The notes under the pieces are model-generated. The model was not told the origin of the DNA, ran no database searches, and worked only from the letters and a program-made list of their open reading frames with translations. Position numbers and translations under genes: made by a program. From assembly GCA_023261595.1 (NCBI GenBank), contig JAHFOQ010000002.1, positions 1 to 52,156 of the forward strand: a stretch of 52,156 bases of DNA. Reading direction: 5' to 3'. The stretch comes from a bacterium (GTDB lineage: Bacteria; Patescibacteriota; Saccharimonadia; CAILAD01; BJGX01). Below, piece after piece: positions 47,906 to 52,156 of this stretch; within the stretch, counting starts at the first letter, position 1, and the number at the start of each line of letters is the position of its first letter.

Positions 47906-47980
47906 TGGGACGTGGCCAAGTGGTAAGGCGCCTGATTCTGGCTCAGGAGATCGAAGGTTCGACCCCTTCCGTCCCAGCCA
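47906..47980 (+). tRNA. tRNA-Gln (anticodon CTG), CCA encoded
   Basis: Manual cloverleaf. Acceptor TGGGACG/CGTCCCA (U1:A72) with discriminator G73. Anticodon stem CCTGA/TCAGG with loop TTCTGGC. T-arm GAAGG-TTCGACC-CCTTC. Confidence 0.88.
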
Positions 47981-48043
47981 AAATATTTTGTTAAGAGTTA
48001 TGCTTATGATAAACTATTTGTAACTATTAAGCAGAAAGAAAAA

Positions 48044-48523
48044 ATGTCGAAAAAAATATCAGGTTTGGTACTACCAGGAATGCTTATTCTTGCTTGGGTA
48101 CTCGCATTAACTGGGGTAACGGCACCTGGACATATGTTGGGCGATACAAACTCTGTTACTTATTTGCGATGGCTCTTATATTTTGCGGGTTTTGTTTTTA
48201 TTTTTTCTTCTGTTATGCATTCGGTGTTTGCAAAAAGTATGGCCGCATCTATCGGCTGGAAAACAAATGGATTTCAGTATGAGATTGCTGCAGTTTCACT
48301 CGGTTTAGGTTTAGGTAGTTTTTATGCTGTTTACCATGGAGTTGAAGCTTGGGTTGCTATTTCGTTACCGATAATCTCTTTTCTGACGTTAGCAGGGGTC
48401 AACCATCTTATTGAAATTATACGTAAAAAGAATTATGCACCAAATAATAGCCTTATATTAGTTTGGGATTTTGGTCTTCCATTATCACTGATTGTTTTAC
48501 TTGCCTCAATAGTAAAATTCTAA
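48044..48523 (+). CDS. hypothetical integral membrane protein
   Basis: 159 aa with about 4-5 TM helices. Confidence 0.5.
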   Translation: MSKKISGLVLPGMLILAWVLALTGVTAPGHMLGDTNSVTYLRWLLYFAGFVFIFSSVMHSVFAKSMAASIGWKTNGFQYEIAAVSLGLGLGSFYAVYHGVEAWVAISLPIISFLTLAGVNHLIEIIRKKNYAPNNSLILVWDFGLPLSLIVLLASIVKF

Positions 48524-48560
48524 ATATAAAACTCTCACAATCGTGAGAGTTTTATATTTA
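48521..48560. terminator. bidirectional terminator (18-bp inverted repeat) between convergent genes
   Basis: TAAATATAAAACTCTCAC-AATC-GTGAGAGTTTTATATTTA. Confidence 0.6.
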
Positions 48561-48585
48561 GACAAAGTTTCGGGAAACAATCTAA

Positions 48586-49089
48586 TCATTGAACTTGCTG
48601 ATTTTCTCCTTGTGGAGGTTCGGGCATATTTTGCGACATCATTTTACCGCCTCTATGCATTCTGCCTTGTGGACCCATTACGCCAGCAGGAATTCCATTG
48701 TCTTTTTCCCATTGTTGCATTTCAGCCCGCAGGGCATCGAGACTTTTCTTTCTTTCTGCTGGGTCAGATATTTGGCGTGCTGTTTCCATCTTTGGCTTCA
48801 TTTCTTCGAGTTTGGTAATAATTTTAGCTTCTTGGTCTGAAGTAATTTTACCTTCTACTACGAGTTTATCGAGATGTTGCTTCATATGATCTTGATGTTG
48901 CTGATCAATAACCTTTTGAACATCGTCTTTATTTAGATTAAACTTAGACGCAATTGCTTGGGCTAAACCACCTTGTTGACCATTGGTTGTTTGAGCGAAA
49001 GCCACCCCACCTACAATTAAGGTGCCGGCTAGGGCAGCCGAAGCTAAACTCGTTGCTAAGAGTGCTTTCTTTTTGTTCGCTGTTCTCAT
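48586..49089 (-). CDS. secreted hypothetical protein (possibly Spy/CpxP-like helical)
   Basis: The ATG at 49089 follows the RBS AAGGAG. Signal peptide MRTANKKKALLATSLASAALAGTLIVGGVAFA. The mature part is helical and K/E/Q-rich. Confidence 0.5.
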   Translation of the reverse strand: MRTANKKKALLATSLASAALAGTLIVGGVAFAQTTNGQQGGLAQAIASKFNLNKDDVQKVIDQQHQDHMKQHLDKLVVEGKITSDQEAKIITKLEEMKPKMETARQISDPAERKKSLDALRAEMQQWEKDNGIPAGVMGPQGRMHRGGKMMSQNMPEPPQGENQQVQ

Positions 49090-49236
49090 TAATGTTACTC
49101 CTTTTCTTAGTGTGCTAAATAATAACCATTTAGAGGAGAGCTTGTGACTTGTTATAATTTTAATCAAAGTCCCTCTTAATCTGGCATAATTACATACTAA
49201 AACAGCAATCTGAAAAGAAGCTGAAAGTATACGAAA

Positions 49237-49581
49237 TTATATTTTTCTTTTAAATCTTTGCTTACCTTCTTTAGCTCGAGCTTCTGATTTTTCGACTGCT
49301 CGTTCTCCTGCACGACGTACAAATAGGTTTGCGAAAGTTACAATGACACCTATACCTCCTAAGATATAAAATATATCCACGATTTTTCCGAGACTGGTGT
49401 GAGGAGTAAAATCTCCATAGCCAACTGTAGCAAGGGTTACTGTACAGAAATAAAAACTATCAAGCCAGCTCCATTTTTCTTGAAAGTGAAAAAATATAGC
49501 CCCACCTACTAAGAGTGTAAGAGCGATAATTGCAGTTAAGCGAAACAGGCGTTTTGTATTAAAGATTTTGCTTGGTTCCAT
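49237..49581 (-). CDS. two-TM potassium channel (KcsA-like pore domain)
   Basis: 114 aa. Selectivity filter TVGYGD, flanked by two TM helices. Confidence 0.75.
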   Translation of the reverse strand: MEPSKIFNTKRLFRLTAIIALTLLVGGAIFFHFQEKWSWLDSFYFCTVTLATVGYGDFTPHTSLGKIVDIFYILGGIGVIVTFANLFVRRAGERAVEKSEARAKEGKQRFKRKI

Positions 49582-50255
49582 TAGTTGGCATCTCCAAAAA
49601 TACGTAGTAAGAATAAGAATAGATTAATAAAATCTAGATAGAGTGCTAGAGCACCCATAATAGCAAGTTGATCCTTTTTATCAGAATCATAAAATCCTTT
49701 TATCTTTTGTGTGTCGTAAGCAGTTAGGCCTAAAAATATTGCAACACCTAGATAAGACACAACTATCTGCACAACACTTGATTGTAAAAAGATATTAACA
49801 ATAGTCGCGATAATAATACCTATCAAGCCCATTAGTAGGATACCTCCGAGACGACTAAGATCCTTTTTGGTTATATATCCAATAATCGCCATAATAAAAA
49901 ACATACTTGCAGTAATAAAGAAGATGCGCATAATCGAAGTGCTTGTATAAGCCAAAAAGATATAACTAAGCGTAATACCAAGTAAGGCAGCGTAACCCAA
50001 AAAACCTGCACGAGCAGCCATTGGTGACATTTTAGTAATACGGGCAGCTAATAGTATTACAAGAGCAAATTGGGCCACTATTAAGACTATAAGAGTGATA
50101 GGGTTACCAAAGAATGCTTGTTGAGCAACAGAACTATTAGCTACCAACCAAGCAACAATACCACTTACTGTGAGTCCAGCAAACATCCATGCGAAAACTC
50201 CTGCAAAATAATTTGCAATTTCTGCCTCGGTATTTTTACTAATAGCTTGTTCCAT
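49581..50255 (-). CDS. Bax inhibitor-1/YccA family membrane protein
   Basis: 224 aa with 7 TM helices. The C-terminal LALYLDFINLFLFLLRIFG is typical of the BI-1 family. Confidence 0.8.
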   Translation of the reverse strand: MEQAISKNTEAEIANYFAGVFAWMFAGLTVSGIVAWLVANSSVAQQAFFGNPITLIVLIVAQFALVILLAARITKMSPMAARAGFLGYAALLGITLSYIFLAYTSTSIMRIFFITASMFFIMAIIGYITKKDLSRLGGILLMGLIGIIIATIVNIFLQSSVVQIVVSYLGVAIFLGLTAYDTQKIKGFYDSDKKDQLAIMGALALYLDFINLFLFLLRIFGDAN

Positions 50256-50278
50256 CTTGTTAGTATAGCAAACTGTGT

Positions 50279-51274
50279 TTACTTATGTTTATTACTTTTC
50301 TTTTTAGGTTGGGTTTTTGTACTATGAACTTTTGTTGAGAGTAGATCAAGTTGAGAGTCTAGTTGATTTTGTATTTTCTGCATTGGTAAGAAGATATATA
50401 TTACTGCAAAAATTGCACTTAATACGAGACAGACAATTCCAAAATTTCGTGTAGTAGAGAATAGGTAAGTGGCCGCACTATTTATTAATCCATTTACTTG
50501 CTCGCCAATTACTGGATCAGTACTACGTGCACCAAATGCGCTTATAAGAGCTGGGAATATCCAGCTTCCAAGTAAGACAACCACAGCCGGCGCGCCAAAA
50601 ACCCAGGCGAGCGTTTTTGAGAGTCGACGTAAATTACGCAAATTAAGGAGAAGAATAACAATGAAACCAACAGGAATTAACCACCAGAGAATATCTACCA
50701 TGTTATGTACTACGCGTAAGCTATCTCGTACACGTATAAGAACCATGAGTGGGTTATTTGGATGTTTCGAGTTGTCAATTAAGACAAGTTCTTGTGGCAC
50801 CGAGTTAACGAGTGACTGAGCTGGTGACTTAAGGGTATCTGGTAAATTTAGACTATTAACATATCCAATTGCCTGGTCTTTGTATGTAGCAGTTGCAATA
50901 ACTACTTTGTTATCTTGAATAGAGGTTGGAGTATCAGCTGCTTTATACGTTAAACGAAGACCAGGTTGTGCAAGTTTTTCTATGTTTTCAGCTGTAATAA
51001 TATAGTCCATAAACTTATTAATTAAAGCTGATTGTATTACGTTTTTCTTTATTTCCTGGGGTAAACGTTCTGATATTTCCGCTTTTATAATCTCGGCAGT
51101 ATAACTAAACGAATTACTTTCATGGAGAAAATTTTGAAGTTTGGCAGCTGTACCAAAGTTATTAATTAGAGCAGTACCATAACAAATAAGAATAAGTGAG
51201 ATAGTAACTATAATGGCAATAAAACGATTCCACCCACTATGTTTAGTAGGAGAAGTTTTTGCTTCGTTTTTCAT
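50279..51274 (-). CDS. hypothetical membrane protein
   Basis: 331 aa. An N-terminal TM helix, an extracytoplasmic domain, and C-terminal TM helices. Confidence 0.5.
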   Translation of the reverse strand: MKNEAKTSPTKHSGWNRFIAIIVTISLILICYGTALINNFGTAAKLQNFLHESNSFSYTAEIIKAEISERLPQEIKKNVIQSALINKFMDYIITAENIEKLAQPGLRLTYKAADTPTSIQDNKVVIATATYKDQAIGYVNSLNLPDTLKSPAQSLVNSVPQELVLIDNSKHPNNPLMVLIRVRDSLRVVHNMVDILWWLIPVGFIVILLLNLRNLRRLSKTLAWVFGAPAVVVLLGSWIFPALISAFGARSTDPVIGEQVNGLINSAATYLFSTTRNFGIVCLVLSAIFAVIYIFLPMQKIQNQLDSQLDLLSTKVHSTKTQPKKKSNKHK

Positions 51275-51278
51275 TGTT

Positions 51279-51851
51279 CTATGCCTTTCGTTTAGCTGGA
51301 GATTTTTGGGTTAATTTTTTTGTAAAGAAACTTGCAACAACAAGCAACATCCCAGTAAGAATTGTATAAGCACCAATAACCCAGACAAGAGTAAGAGCGC
51401 CAGCTAATGGATTAAATAACATATACACACCAAACACGAGCGAAAGTACACCAGTTAAGATCATAAACCAAGCACCGCTGATCTTCTCTGATGAAGCCAT
51501 AAAACCGGCATATAAGTCGACTACACCAAAGGATAATGCCCAAATGGCAATTAATAACGTTACCACACCTGCGGCAATTTCTGGACGAGCAATAAGGAAT
51601 ATACCAAGAATAACACCGAGTAAACCAAGCAATGCAGTTAATACAGAGTGTGGGTTAGATTTGTCAAAAAGAGGTTCGAAAATTGCAAACATACCTACAA
51701 TAAGAATATTTATGGCAAAAATAAGAATAAGAATGTAAAGGGTAAGACCTGGCCATGCGACAGCAACGAGTCCAAAGATTATATTTAAAATACCGCGTAA
51801 TATTAATGTGCTACGACTTGGGTTACCTACGAGTTCCATTTTTTTCTCCAT
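51279..51851 (-). CDS. HdeD/DUF308 family membrane protein
   Basis: 190 aa. Repeated DUF308-type TM pairs (GILNIIFGLVAVAWPG…). Confidence 0.7.
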   Translation of the reverse strand: MEKKMELVGNPSRSTLILRGILNIIFGLVAVAWPGLTLYILILIFAINILIVGMFAIFEPLFDKSNPHSVLTALLGLLGVILGIFLIARPEIAAGVVTLLIAIWALSFGVVDLYAGFMASSEKISGAWFMILTGVLSLVFGVYMLFNPLAGALTLVWVIGAYTILTGMLLVVASFFTKKLTQKSPAKRKA

Positions 51852-51879
51852 TTATTTATTAATCTTATTGTAATGTCTC

Positions 51880-52098
51880 TTATACCTTGTTGGCAAGTAT
51901 CTGATCTCGCATTAATGTAATTGTACGCAAGAATAGTACAAGCCAAATAAACGTTAGACTAAATGCGATGAGTTCAAAGGCTGTTTGACTAAAGTAGTGT
52001 AGTGGCTGCCACAGAACAAAACAAGTAAGTAGAATAGTTAATATTGTGTAGGAGTTCGCTAAAAAAGATTTGCTAATATCAGGAATGAGCCAGCGCAA
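51880..52098 (-). CDS. small hypothetical membrane protein
   Basis: 72-aa ORF with 2-3 hydrophobic helices. The start is non-ATG or uncertain, and the ORF lies close to the window edge. Confidence 0.3.
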   Translation of the reverse strand: MRWLIPDISKSFLANSYTILTILLTCFVLWQPLHYFSQTAFELIAFSLTFIWLVLFLRTITLMRDQILANKV

Positions 52099-52156
52099 AC
52101 CAACAATAATTATGGTGAATCCAACAACAAGAAGATACGCACAAGCATTATGTAAG

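Overview
This is a low-GC (about 35-42% on hand-counted lines), gene-dense stretch of a streamlined bacterial genome, mostly transcribed on the + strand. UGA acts as a stop codon. I infer a CPR/Patescibacteria genome such as Saccharibacteria from several traits: AlaRS without the C-Ala domain, a short SMC, many leaderless genes, an RpfB-like protein, and many bitopic surface proteins. I cannot verify that assignment here. Recognisable content falls into these groups. Translation: metG, alaS, leuS, rpmF, rpsP, tRNA-Ala(GGC) and tRNA-Gln(CTG). RNA modification and processing: rsmA, mnmA, trmD, rnc, nusB, obg and an RsmC-like methyltransferase. DNA maintenance: pcrA, ruvX and smc. Cell envelope: RpfB-like, mltG, a LysM/CHAP hydrolase, murF, a YdcF-like protein, a transglutaminase-like protein and a CDP-alcohol phosphatidyltransferase. 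Membrane proteins: mscL, a K+ channel, BI-1 and HdeD. The features most worth a second look are: (1) An ~870-nt GC-rich non-coding unit (590-1461), bounded by a promoter and a terminator, that carries a non-collinear mosaic of 16S- and 23S-rRNA-like segments. (2) A ~560-bp island of about 65-70% GC (18346-18905) encoding a diverged homolog of the adjacent low-GC membrane protein. (3) A third small GC-rich island (about 31900-32180) with an 82-aa ORF that overwrites the 3' end of a 610-aa gene. (4) A Nudix hydrolase domain inserted in-frame into LeuRS. (5) A leaderless 21-codon Leu-rich mini-ORF followed by an intrinsic terminator, upstream of leuS. (6) Tandem copies of the tRNA-Ala 3' end, each with a long hairpin. 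(7) A ~200-nt out-of-frame overlap between nusB and a Nudix gene. No CRISPR array, transposase, integrase or intact rRNA gene was seen.
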